A stretch of 64,000 bases of DNA. It comes from Mesotaenium endlicherianum. Its lineage: Eukaryota. Location of the stretch: assembly GCA_009602735.1 (NCBI GenBank), contig WELA01001729.1, forward strand, positions 62,001 to 126,000, in the 5' to 3' direction. Of the stretch, positions 26,753-37,163 are shown in pieces. Position 1 is the first letter of the stretch, and every line of letters starts with the position of its first letter. The position numbers and the translations under genes are program-made. The notes beneath the pieces are model-generated. The model was not told the DNA's origin and did not search any database. It worked only from the letters and a program-made list of their open reading frames with translations.

Positions 26753-27492
26753 TGAAAGGGGCAGAGTGCCCTAGTGGAAGCGTAGTAACTCACGAGGAAA
26801 GGAACTAGTTGCAATCATACTAAAGAGTGCAGCGGCATATCATTAAGAAAACTTAGGAAAATTACTCAACATTTTGAGTAGCAAGAAACTGCTCACAAAT
26901 GATGCAGGATGAAAGGCCTTGTCATTACAAACCCGTAGAAAGTTACAGAAGTGAAAACTGATAAGAAACAAAGAAGTTATGCCTATTTATAATTTTCTAC
27001 CTAAGTGCTCCTCTCTAGGAGGAAGCTACGGATTTTCCTAAGTGTTCGTCAAATCGTCCCTTCCAGAATGTTCGTGAGTAAGCTAGATCAGTCTAATCTG
27101 ACGTTTCGGGCCAAATTGACGTCCACATACATGCGTCGACATTACTAGAATATTCTATCTTAGACGCGCTAGGCTAAACCGAAACTTCTAGGTAAGTCGA
27201 CCTAGTCGGCACTCCGCGTCAGCCGAACTTACATGAAGGTTCGAGTTCATTCTAACAGGCCAGATTGCTCGACGCTGTCGGTCAATCCGACGGTCGCGCT
27301 CACCGCGAATTAAGGACAGTCGTCAACCGACCTCAAAAATACTTAAACTTCAGAAATCTGTAACTCTCTCAATACTTGACCAAATTCGACGAACTTTATA
27401 TCAAAATGACCACAAAAATGCACTCTACGGTACTGTACAATCAAAACATACTTTCATGAAACTCAAAAATGCACTTTGTAAACCTATGACCT
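26753..27492 (-). repeat. Family C LTR (antisense, 5' tip missing), inserted in the RT of copy X
   Basis: Near-identical to 42684-43430, starts TGAAAGGGGCAGAG on +. Confidence 0.88.
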
Positions 27493-29178
27493 CGAACCTT
27501 CACGTGAGTTCGGCTGACGCGGAGTGCCGACTAGGTCGATTTACCTAGAAGTTTCGATTTAGCCTAGCGCGTCTAAGACTAGTAATGTCGATGCATGTAT
27601 GTGGACGTCAATTCGGCCCGACACGTCGGATTAGACTGATCTAGCTTACTCACGAATATTCTGGAAGGGACGATTTGACGAACACTTAGGAAAATCCGTA
27701 GCTTCGTCCTAGAGAGGAGCACTTTAGGCAAAAATTTATAAATAGGCATAACTTCTTTGCTTCTTATCAATTTTCACTTCTGTAAATTTCTACGGGTTTG
27801 TTATGACAAGGCGTTTCATCCTACATCATTTGTGAGCAGTTTTTTGCTACTCAATATGCGCCAAGAAGTGGAGAGAATGGTGCGAGTTGTTATGGGGAAC
27901 GCCGCTTTGACGAGTTTGGCACCGACACCTGTTGCGCCACCGATTCATGTTAACCCAGTGGTGCAACCAGTTATTCCACCCGCATCAAGAGTGCGTGCGC
28001 CTAAGCCTAAAGTTTATACTGGAGAGCGTGGATCGCCGCCTGTTCATCAATGGATTTTTGGAGTGAAGAAATTTATGGAGTACTCTGCGCTCACACCCGA
28101 CAGGCAAGTCGCCTTTGTCATAACTTTGCTGCAAAAGAGTGCTGGAGCTTGGTATGAACGAGAAGAGCAGCTGTCTAGAGTTCCTGCTACTGCTGATCAG
28201 CTCTTTGAAGGCTTGAAGAGGCAATTATAACCTATTGCACCCGAGGCTACCGCTCGAGATCTATTGGTGCGCCTTCGTTAACGAGGAAGCGTTCAGTATG
28301 TATCGCGCTTCAACGAGCTGGTGCTTCAACGTCCATCCATGCACGAGTTGGAGATGATGGACAATTTCAAGAGAGAACTCAAGTCAACTGTGGCCAAAGA
28401 AGTGGCGCTTAAGGACCCTACCAGTCTTGGAGAAATGATGGCATTGGCAACAAAGGTCGACGCTGTGGAGTATAGTCAGAGGCAGTGGGGCAGCCACAAT
28501 TTTGGAGGATATCGACACTTTGGATCTCAAGCGCCAAGCACGAGTGTTCAAGGTCCAAAACCTATGGAGTTGGGACTTGTGCAGCACCAGCGCAGGCAGC
28601 AGAATTTTAAGCCGAGAGGATCTTGCTATAATTGTGGCAAGCTTGGACATCTGGCTCGAGACTACCATGTGAAGACGAAGCAACCTCAACACCAGGAAAA
28701 AGGAGGACGCCAGTAAGTCGTTGTGGGGTGTCTATTGGCGTGAAGACGGAAACTCACAAGGAGGCTACCCCTAGGAGCATGCCGAGAAGCAAAGGACGAG
28801 ATATTGGCAAGCCTATCATCGTGGAAGGAGTGGTCGACAGCAACAAGGCGAATCCCTGTGCAGAAGCAATATGAGCCTAAGGAGGCAATTTTGGCGAATG
28901 GGCGGAGACTCAAGTGTGGTGCACTTACGGAAGCTATTCACGTGGAAGTAGCGGGGCACCGGCGTAAGGAAGTTATGGAGCGGGCAGAGTTGGGTCACCA
29001 TGAGGTAATATTGGGCCGACCATGGCTGAGAAAAGCCAACCCTCAAGTGCACTAGAGCACAAGACAAGTGAAGGTCCAAGGGCGTGATGGTCGAATGGAG
29101 ACAGCGAAACAGGTGGCGGTAGATACGACCACAAGTAACTGCCTTCTGTCGAGCCTACAAGTTAAGAAGCTATGCAGG
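27493..29178 (+). mobile_element. Family C element, 5' part (partial 5' LTR 27493-27854, degenerate gag 27856-28716, protease region)
   Basis: LTR fragment is the reverse complement of ~26873-27244; Gag motifs GPKPMELG and CYNCGKLGHLARD; ILGRPWL; ends at TSD GCAGG 29174-29178. Confidence 0.85.
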
Positions 29179-29928
29179 TGTAATGAATCAGTATATTAGT
29201 GGATATAATATTCATTTAAATCTAATAGTTAATTAAGATCAGCCTGCTGAACTTTAGTTAATAGTCAGTCTGCTGGACTTTACTTTAGTTAATAGTCAGT
29301 CTGCTGGACTTTACATAATTATCAGTTTAATGACTCGGCCGAACGCAACAGGCTGAAGTCAACTTAAGTCAGCTTGCTGACACATTCTTTGACAGCCAGC
29401 TGACTTCCGTGCTCGGTAGCAGCGAACTGCCTTGATATGCATCTAAGTACGACCTGCTAGATGAATGGCCAGATGACATCCCCATGATGGATGGCTATTC
29501 GGGATGATGGGAGATGGCGGTGGATTTGGTTAACCGAGGTCCTACCAACGTGGTTAACTCCCGGGTAGGCGGTGCCATCGCACTGACCGTTGAACAGTAA
29601 ACTCATTCCATGTACATATGCTAGGCATTGCTCTCGAGTTCGGCATTCGGAAACGAGGCCAACTCTCTTGTACAGCTTACTGAGAGAGATCTGAATCCAA
29701 GGCGAGAAGCCATTGATACGCACTGTCTTCTAACCTTGCTTATGTATGAGTTTACTGATTTGCATCATTGATGCTAGTTTACTCGCATTTGACTTACGAG
29801 TATTATTCCCTGCTAGTGTATTGTCCTTTGCCGTTTAACTAGTTAACGGAAATACCATAAAGATTACTTGCTGATATAAAGATCTTTATTAATTGTTAAT
29901 CGCCTATTTGGTAAGTCGATTCATTTCA
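29179..29928 (+). repeat. Family A LTR (750 bp) with a 31 bp tandem duplication
   Basis: TGTAATGAATC..GATTCATTTCA terminal inverted repeat; TTAGTTAATAGTCAGTCTGCTGGACTTTAC occurs twice. Confidence 0.95.
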
Positions 29929-29929
29929 G

Positions 29930-29941
29930 TGGTATCGGAGC
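29930..29941 (+). promoter_or_regulatory. PBS, tRNA-iMet type
   Basis: TGGTATCGGAGC. Confidence 0.92.
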
Positions 29942-29962
29942 AGTTATCACAGTCTTCTTTGT

Positions 29963-31441
29963 ATGGTAAGGACAAGGTCTCAAACTAGCAACTCCCGAGA
30001 CATGGAGAACCAGGATAACGAGAATGTCGAAAACCAGGCGGAAAGCCATGTAGCGGGAAACCGTACCTATTCGGAAGCAGTAGCGGATACTGCAGCTAGG
30101 GAGGCTGCAGATGAGGCAGCTGCTATTGCCTCAGTCGCAGCTCAGCAAGCTGAGGAGGAGATAGCCAGACTAGAAGCTGAACAAGTAGCAAAGGCCGCTG
30201 AAGATATACAAAGGAGGGAAGGACAGCCAGCTGACGAGCGCACTGTTGAAGAACTTATGGCATCAAGGGCCAATGTTCTGAACCCACCTCCTGCCGTACA
30301 ACTCAATGTACCCCTAGGTCAAATACGTGACCGGCTGAATGCGGCAGGAATTGCTGCTGCAGGAGCAAGAGGGATTGTTGAGGACACTACTCAGCGAGTA
30401 GATGCCAATGCTGCTGCTGCATTTGCTAATCTACCACCCCAAAATGTAGACTTGGGAGCATTGTTCGTTCAGATGCAGTCGCAAATGGCGACCATGTATC
30501 AGTCCCAGCAGGAGGACAAAAGAATCATAATGTCCCTACTCCGGGACAGAGACCAACTGGGGTCTCACACCACTAGTGGTGGTGGCCGAGGGCCTAGTAA
30601 GCCCAAGCCGAAACCTCCCCAGGACTATGATCCTGAGGGAAACAGAAAATATTACCTGATCAAGTTTCTCGCGGATGTTGAGCAGTGGCTGGAGAACTAC
30701 CCAGAACTGCAAGATTACGAGAAGGTCAGGCACACCGGTGCGCTACTGAAAGGCAGTGCCGCAGACTGGTGGCTTTACTGGAAGGAAGAGCGTAAGGCTC
30801 GGCAACTCGGTGACCCTACGTGGGTAGAGTTTGTCGAGAAGTTGCATGAGAAGTTTGATGTCATCAACCAGCAGGAGAAAGCTATCTATGCGATGATCTC
30901 CCTGACACTGAAGCAGACCACTTCAGTTGCTGAGTTTGCTCAAAAGTTCCAAGAGAACATGATGAAGCAGCCTGATTTGCCAGAACGGTATAGGATAGCA
31001 TACTTCAGGTATGGCTTGAAATCCGAGGTCTCTGGTCATTTTGCTGAGAAAAAGTATGAGAAACTGGCTGACTTGATCCAGGATGCTGACGCCTGGGATC
31101 AGCAGCAGTTCAATCACAAGCGCCAGAGTAACGCTTTGGTGTCTAAGATTGTCAAAAAGCCCCACGGTTCCTACAATGCAGTTGAAGGAGACCAGGCTGA
31201 GGATAATCAGGGTGATGAATATGAGTATGAGTACAATGCTATTCAGTCTAGAGGTAGAGGTGGTCCCTCTCGAGGTGGCTATGGAAGGGGTGGTGGTAGG
31301 ACTAAGCCGAGACCAGCCTCAGCAAAATCTACTTGCTACCATTGTCAGCAGAAAGGCCACTACAGAGAACAGTGTCCGGTCAAGCACCTGCCTAAGGTCG
31401 AGAGAAAAGACCAGCCTTTAAAAGACAGCAACAGTCAGTAA
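29963..31441 (+). CDS. gag: Family A Gag (492 aa)
   Basis: Intact ORF; capsid-like core, RGG-rich tract, [14 protein letters not shown] knuckle; protein identical to 53847-55325. Confidence 0.95.
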   Translation: MVRTRSQTSNSRDMENQDNENVENQAESHVAGNRTYSEAVADTAAREAADEAAAIASVAAQQAEEEIARLEAEQVAKAAEDIQRREGQPADERTVEELMASRANVLNPPPAVQLNVPLGQIRDRLNAAGIAAAGARGIVEDTTQRVDANAAAAFANLPPQNVDLGALFVQMQSQMATMYQSQQEDKRIIMSLLRDRDQLGSHTTSGGGRGPSKPKPKPPQDYDPEGNRKYYLIKFLADVEQWLENYPELQDYEKVRHTGALLKGSAADWWLYWKEERKARQLGDPTWVEFVEKLHEKFDVINQQEKAIYAMISLTLKQTTSVAEFAQKFQENMMKQPDLPERYRIAYFRYGLKSEVSGHFAEKKYEKLADLIQDADAWDQQQFNHKRQSNALVSKIVKKPHGSYNAVEGDQAEDNQGDEYEYEYNAIQSRGRGGPSRGGYGRGGGRTKPRPASAKSTCYHCQQKGHYREQCPVKHLPKVERKDQPLKDSNSQ

Positions 31442-31464
31442 TCCAGTCTACTGACTGTGAGGAT
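31417..31464 (+). promoter_or_regulatory. Predicted -1 frameshift signal: slippery heptamer plus hairpin/pseudoknot
   Basis: T_TTA_AAA 31417-31423 in the gag frame; 7 nt spacer; stem ACAGTCAGTA/TACTGACTGT 31431-31458; loop ATCC can pair with GGAT 31461-31464. Confidence 0.82.
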
Positions 31465-34400
31465 GCTAGAGATAGTGAGTCGTCACTAGCTGCCCTCGTA
31501 GCAGGTATTATGGGTCCTGCTGAACTGGATTCACTATGCATGCCTGACAACCAGATAAAGGAGACCATCAGCAATATAGACGTCCAGAGAGTGCACACTC
31601 TGGATGCTCTTGTTCCACCTGATGTCCAACATTTCTTTGCTACGTCAGGAGAACAATGCGAAAGTCAGGAAAAGACAGTCCCCCCTATCCTACTGCATTG
31701 CATGATTGCAGGTAGGAAGGTGAGGGCATTTGTTGACGGAGGGGCGTCACATACTTTTATCCACAAGGACTTAGTTAAGCGGCTAAGGCTGCCTACTGTC
31801 ACCCAAGGGAATAGAAAAATATTCCTTGGAGATGCCTCAAGTATCCCGGGAGGAGTTATAACCAAGCCTATTGAGGTCCAGTTAGGTTCTGGCATTGCAG
31901 TTCTAACTGAAACGCTTACATTTGAGGTACTCAACACTGGCTTTTATGATCTCGTGCTAGGCAGGTCCTGGCTTAATAGACATCAAGCTGAAGTGTGTTG
32001 GAGCAGAGGTACAGTTAAAGTGAGAGGAGCCAGTGATGGGCAGACTGACTTGGCACCCACCAGTGCTCTTCCTCTTGTCCTGTGTGGATGGCAAATGAAG
32101 GAAAAGAAGAGGCTTCCAGAAGGATGCAAGTTGCTGAATGCAATGGAGTTCGTCAAAAGCTGGAACCAGAAGGAAGACAGAATGTTCTGTCTGCTGCTAA
32201 GAGAGGTACCTCCTCAACCTGAAGAAGTGGTTGAGAAAAAGGTACACCCTCCGGAACACCCTACTGCTGCAAACATTGTTGCTCAGTACACGGATGTGTT
32301 TAATATGCCTCCAGGACTACCCCCTAAGCGGGAAGTAGATCATAGGATTGATTTATTACCTGGTAGCCAGCCACCCTGGCAACGCACGTATGGCTTGTCT
32401 TATTTGGAGAGTGAGGAGTTGAAAACACAGATTGCAGAGCTGGAGGAAAATGGTTACATTTCTCCCAGTAAATCACCGTACGGCGCACCTATCCTATTTG
32501 TTAAGAAAAAGGATGGCAGTATGCGGATGTGTGTGGATTACAGAGCCCTGAACAGAATTACAGTAAAGAACAAGTATGCTTTACCCAGAATCGAGGACTT
32601 GCTTGATACCCTGTCTGGCGCTAAGGTGTTCAGTAAGATAGATCTCAAGAGTGGTTATCATCAAATCAGAATTGCTGAGGGGGATGAACACAAGACTGCT
32701 TTCCGCACACGTTATGGACACTTTGAGTTCAACGTGATGCCATTTGGACTGACTAATGCTCCTGCTACCTTTATGGGTGCTATGAATGACATTTTCAGGC
32801 CTTATTTGGATAAGTTTGTGCAAGTTTTCCTGAATGATGTTTTAATTTTCTCTAAAGATGAAGCTCAGCACACTTAAAGAAAGTGCTGGACACTCTGCGG
32901 AAAAATCACTTGTATGCAAAGATGAGCAAGTATGATTTCTTTAAGGAAAGTATTGAATTCTTAGGCCACGTTGTCAGTAAAGAGGGCATCAGTGTGGATC
33001 CTAAGAAAGTCCAGACCATAAGGGACTGGCCAGTACCACAGTCGGTCTCTGAAGTTAGATCCTTCCTCGGGTTGGCTAACTACTATAGGAGATTTATTGA
33101 GAATTATTCCACAAAGGCCAGTAAACTGACTGACCTTACTAAGAAAGACATCGGGTATGTGTGGGGGGAAGAGCAGCAGGCTGCCTTCCAGACCCTTAAA
33201 GATGCCCTTTGTTCTGCCCCAGTGCTAGCCGTGTATGACCCCAGCAAACCGGTGCAGGTGGTTACTGATGCCTCTGATTTTGCCATGGGTGCTATTTTGT
33301 TGCAGCCTGCTGACAAAACCACAAAGGATGGTAAGGTACGGCAGGAGTGGCATCCTGTGTTGTATGAGTCTATGAAATTTAATCCAGCGGAGATTAATTA
33401 CTCAGTGCATGATAAAGAGCTGCTAGCTATCATTCATGTACTCAAACAGTGGAGAGCATACTTACATGGTAAAGCTTTTAAGGTGATTACAGATCATCTA
33501 GCTCTGACCCACTTTCAGAAGAAGTCCAAGCTGTCGAGGAGGGAGAACCGCTGGAGCCAGATGCTGGAGCAGTTCCAAGTCCAGATCGACTACAAACCAG
33601 GGAAGTTGAATCCTGCTGATGCACTCTCTAGAAGACCTGACTTGCAAGAAAGGAACTTTAGTCAGCATACTGTAGATAAAGTCCTGTGTGCACTCACTTC
33701 ACTAAAGGTGAAAAAGTCCTTCCTTGAACAACTTAGGAAAGCCTACCTTTCTGACCCAACATTTGAGCCCAGCCCCACTACTGGTGTGTGTCGTGCTACT
33801 GCACTCGGGTATAAGCTCAAGGGAGGGGTCTGGGTGACTGAAACCACTTCAGGCAGGCTGAAGCTGGTCATTCCTAATAATTTGGAAATAAGGTCTCTCT
33901 TACTGAGTCAAGCTCATGACAGTCTCCTGGGTGGACATTTGGGGCAGGCCAAAACTGTTGGCAAACTGGCAAAACATTATCATTGGGAGGGGTTACCCCG
34001 GGAGGTCTTGAAATATGTCAAGTCCTGTGACCAGTGTCAGAGAAATAAGTCTCGGCACACACCACCCGGAGGTCTCTTGCAACCGCTACCCATCCCAGCG
34101 GGACGCTGGGAAACTATATCCATGGACTGGGTGGTCTCACTACCAAGAACTGCCAACGGGCATGATTCAATACTGGTAGTCGTGGATAAACTGACAAAAA
34201 TGGTCATTTTTATCCCCACAACTGTCAAAGTGACTGCACTCGAAACAGCGAGACAGTTTTACAACCATGTAGTATGCCAACATGGGCTCCCTTCTAATAT
34301 CATCTCAGACAGAGACTCAAAATTCACCTCTAAGTTCTGGAGAGCTTTAATGGGGTTAATGGGAGTCAAACAGCTGCTCAGCACAGCAAACCACCCTCAG

Positions 34401-35219
34401 ACTGATGGGCAGACTGAAAGAACTAACCGAGTTCTGCAGGAGGTGCTGAGAGCATATATTAACCAAAAACAAGATAATTGGGATGACCTGTTGCCTCAAA
34501 TTCAGTTTGCGGTCAACAGTGCGGTGCACGCGTCAACGGGCAAAACTCCTTTTGAACTCAGCCTGGGTAGAGTCCCTAAGTCTCCTCTAGATGTGCTAGG
34601 GGAATCTTTAACTCACCCTGAAGGGATTGACAACCCGGTCTCCCTCCAGTTAACTCAGGAGTTTGCTGACACCCTGTCAGAAGTCCAACGAAACTTGCAC
34701 ACGGCCCAAGAAAACCAACAAAAATACGCTAATCAACACCGTCGGGAACTGACATTTTCCAAGGGGGATTTAGTCAAACTGCATTCTCAGCACCTGTACC
34801 TCCCTGGTGTGGTCAAGAAAAAGCTTGGCCCTGTCTGGGTCGGTCCATATTCGGTGGTCCGTCGTGTCGGTCAGAATGCTTACAAACTGAACATGTCAGC
34901 TGAATACAAGGGGCACCCGGTCTTTAATGTCTCCTTCCTGGAACCGTACATCAAAGGTGATACACTGTTCACAGGTCGGTTCCCTGTCCAACCGGGACCG
35001 GTCCCCGCTGTCCGGGACGGCGACCCTGAGGAATATGAGGTCGATGAGATTTTAGACGCTCGCTCGGTCCGTCGATCGTCTAAATATGTCATGAAATACC
35101 TCATTCGATGGAAGGGTTACGATGCCTCTGGGGACACTTGGGAGTTTAAGGACCACTTGACCAATGCCAAAGGGGCGTTGACACGGTTCCACCTTCGGGC
35201 CGCTGGAGTCCCTCCATAA
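31423..35219 (+). pseudogene. pol: Family A Pol of A1, inactivated (RT catalytic FLDD changed to FLND; 7 bp frameshifting deletion at ~32874)
   Basis: ORFs 31510-32877 and 32883-35219; comparison with 50062-53778 shows loss of GAACACT. Confidence 0.93.
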
Positions 35220-35268
35220 CTGTCATTTCAGTTGACACGGGAAGGTGACAGGCGGTCCTGTCTCCATT

Positions 35269-35281
35269 TAAGTTGGAGGGG
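35269..35281 (+). promoter_or_regulatory. Internal PPT-like duplicate directly after pol
   Basis: TAAGTTGGAGGGG, same as the terminal PPT 37263-37275; preceded by hairpin GACAGG/CCTGTC 35247-35262. Confidence 0.7.
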
Positions 35282-35382
35282 AAAATATATGACAGTTAGT
35301 GAGCGAGAGCGATAAAAACACACTCATACGTTTATGTGTAGCGCATCGCAACTACGTCAACTTTTAGCAATCATCCTGTAAG

Positions 35383-35485
35383 GTAAACAGCAGCGAAGCC
35401 ACTATACTAAATACTAACATACTTCCTGCAATCCCTATGACAAAGGTCCATATCCTACTAACTTGTGCCCTGGTTACATGTGCAG
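35383..35485 (+). other. Predicted 103 nt intron ending just upstream of the ORF3 ATG
   Basis: AAG|GTAAAC donor, TACTAAC at 35456-35462, TGCAG|G ATG (ATG at 35487). Confidence 0.65.
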
Positions 35486-35486
35486 G

Positions 35487-37163
35487 ATGGCGCCCACCAC
35501 ACAAAAGGAGGACAGAAAGCGCAAGGCAGAAGAAGCCAGGAGGACAATGGAGCAATACCAGAAGGAGCTGGCGGCGACGTCCCTCACCAGGAGAGAACAA
35601 GAAAGGGTCCGCAAACAACAAGAGGCGGCAGAAGAGGCACAGAGGAAGAAGGATCAGGAAGCGGAAAACCTCAGGAAGGCTGAGGAGGAGAGACAGAAGA
35701 AACAGCAAGAAGAAGCGGCAGCGGCAGAAGAGGAGAAAAGAAAAAAGATTGAAGCGGACAGACAGAAGAGCTTGGCCACTTACAGGTATACTGTGGTGGG
35801 TGGCCAAAACTTCGATAACCTGAAGGAAGCATTGCTGGCAGCCCAGGAGATCAACAGGCTGGAACAGACAACACTGCTACAGAAGGAAGGAGCTACAGCA
35901 CTGGACAGGTACATCGAGACACACACCGGCGTGGTCCTTTACGAAGATTATGCTAAGATGGTGGGCTATACAGCAGAGCAGGCCCGGTATCTCGCAGATG
36001 ATTCAGAGGACAAGCCGGTCCCCATACCGGGAATAGTGGGAGATCAGAGACTCATCCGGATGGTGAGCATGCGGCCCGATAGCTTTAAGGATACGGTATT
36101 CTACCTCACACTCCTGCCAGCTTACAATGAAGTTGAGAGAAGGAGCTGGGAGTACTTGGCCAGGGAAGCAGGACAGCAGATGTTCTCTCCCCACTGGTTC
36201 CCGTGTAAACTGAGGAAGGCTGAGCACGGACCCCAGTACTACCAGCAGCCAACAGACTGGAGGTGGATGACCGTCACAAATAAGAAGCAGGAGTGTGACC
36301 GAGCCCAACCGGATGACTTCCACTATGGCCTAGACGGCTATCTCATCCTACCACCTCACATTGCCCCTTGGGACCCCAGGCTGAATGGATGCCTGAGCAA
36401 TATGAATGCAGAGACCAAGGAACATAGGAGGAGGGGAAGAGAGTACTTCTCTAAGGGAAAGCATGCCTTTGTCAAATGGGCAAAGAATGCAGGCCGGATA
36501 GATATCAGTAGGCTGAAGGCCAAGCAACCTCCAGCGCGCCCTAAGAAAGGGAGGTCGGTAGACTACTCCATGTCTACTAGGGAGCAGGACGACTTAGTGG
36601 ACGAGACCCCTACTCTCTCCGAGGAGGAGGATGAGGAGGATGAGGAAGAAGAACAAGGCAGAGGAGAAGCATCAGCAGCAGGTACTCAGGATACCCAGGG
36701 ACAGGCAGGGGCGCTTCCTAAAGAACCACGATCAGGTGTTTGGAATGTGATCCCCGTTATGGCGACAACTGGACCCCGCGCTCGCTCCCCCAGCCCACCT
36801 GCCCAAGCAGGGGAAGAAGCTGATCTGACTGTACTGGGCAGCAGACACAGACAGAAATCCCCAGAGGACAGGGGTGCCAGAAGAGGGACACGCGGGTGGG
36901 CCAGAGGTATGCCAGCCTCCCCCTCCGCTCAGGGGCATGTACCTCTAGCCAATGTATTTCAGCATCCTACTGGAATGCCTGTCTATGTGGGAATCAACAC
37001 CCAAGTGGTTGAAGAGCAGGCCACCATCCTCCGTTCTCCTCGAGGGCCAACTTTAGAGCAAACAGGGTTCTTTAGAAGGCCAGCTGACAGACCTAGAGGG
37101 CTGTCCAGATCTAGGTCCAGATCTCCGTCTCCTGACCCTGAAGCCCCAGGAACAACCCCTTAA
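35487..37163 (+). CDS. ORF3 type I, accessory protein of unknown function (558 aa from ATG 35487)
   Basis: Intact ORF between pol and PPT; charged coiled-coil-like N-terminus, aromatic-rich conserved core, acidic tract, RS/SP-rich tail; five homologous copies in the window. Confidence 0.9.
   Translation: MAPTTQKEDRKRKAEEARRTMEQYQKELAATSLTRREQERVRKQQEAAEEAQRKKDQEAENLRKAEEERQKKQQEEAAAAEEEKRKKIEADRQKSLATYRYTVVGGQNFDNLKEALLAAQEINRLEQTTLLQKEGATALDRYIETHTGVVLYEDYAKMVGYTAEQARYLADDSEDKPVPIPGIVGDQRLIRMVSMRPDSFKDTVFYLTLLPAYNEVERRSWEYLAREAGQQMFSPHWFPCKLRKAEHGPQYYQQPTDWRWMTVTNKKQECDRAQPDDFHYGLDGYLILPPHIAPWDPRLNGCLSNMNAETKEHRRRGREYFSKGKHAFVKWAKNAGRIDISRLKAKQPPARPKKGRSVDYSMSTREQDDLVDETPTLSEEEDEEDEEEEQGRGEASAAGTQDTQGQAGALPKEPRSGVWNVIPVMATTGPRARSPSPPAQAGEEADLTVLGSRHRQKSPEDRGARRGTRGWARGMPASPSAQGHVPLANVFQHPTGMPVYVGINTQVVEEQATILRSPRGPTLEQTGFFRRPADRPRGLSRSRSRSPSPDPEAPGTTP

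Noticed and set aside
29457..29723. Recurrent 88 aa ORF (MRINGFSPW..) in many copies
   Set aside because: Antisense frame inside the family A LTR with a non-ATG start; it recurs only because the LTR is repeated, and older LTRs break it
29963..29971. ATG|GTAAGG at the gag start as splice donor for ORF3
   Set aside because: Joining to the acceptor gives ATG-GAT-GGC, out of frame with ORF3 and ending at 35683
35437..35823. Arg-rich 128 aa ORF and hydrophobic antisense 147 aa ORF overlapping ORF3
   Set aside because: Shadow frames of the purine-rich coiled-coil coding region; the 128 aa ORF starts inside the predicted intron and has no equivalent in type II
35487..37163. ORF3 as a retroviral-like env
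   Set aside because: The position fits, but there is no signal peptide, transmembrane segment or fusion-peptide-like stretch; the protein is highly charged
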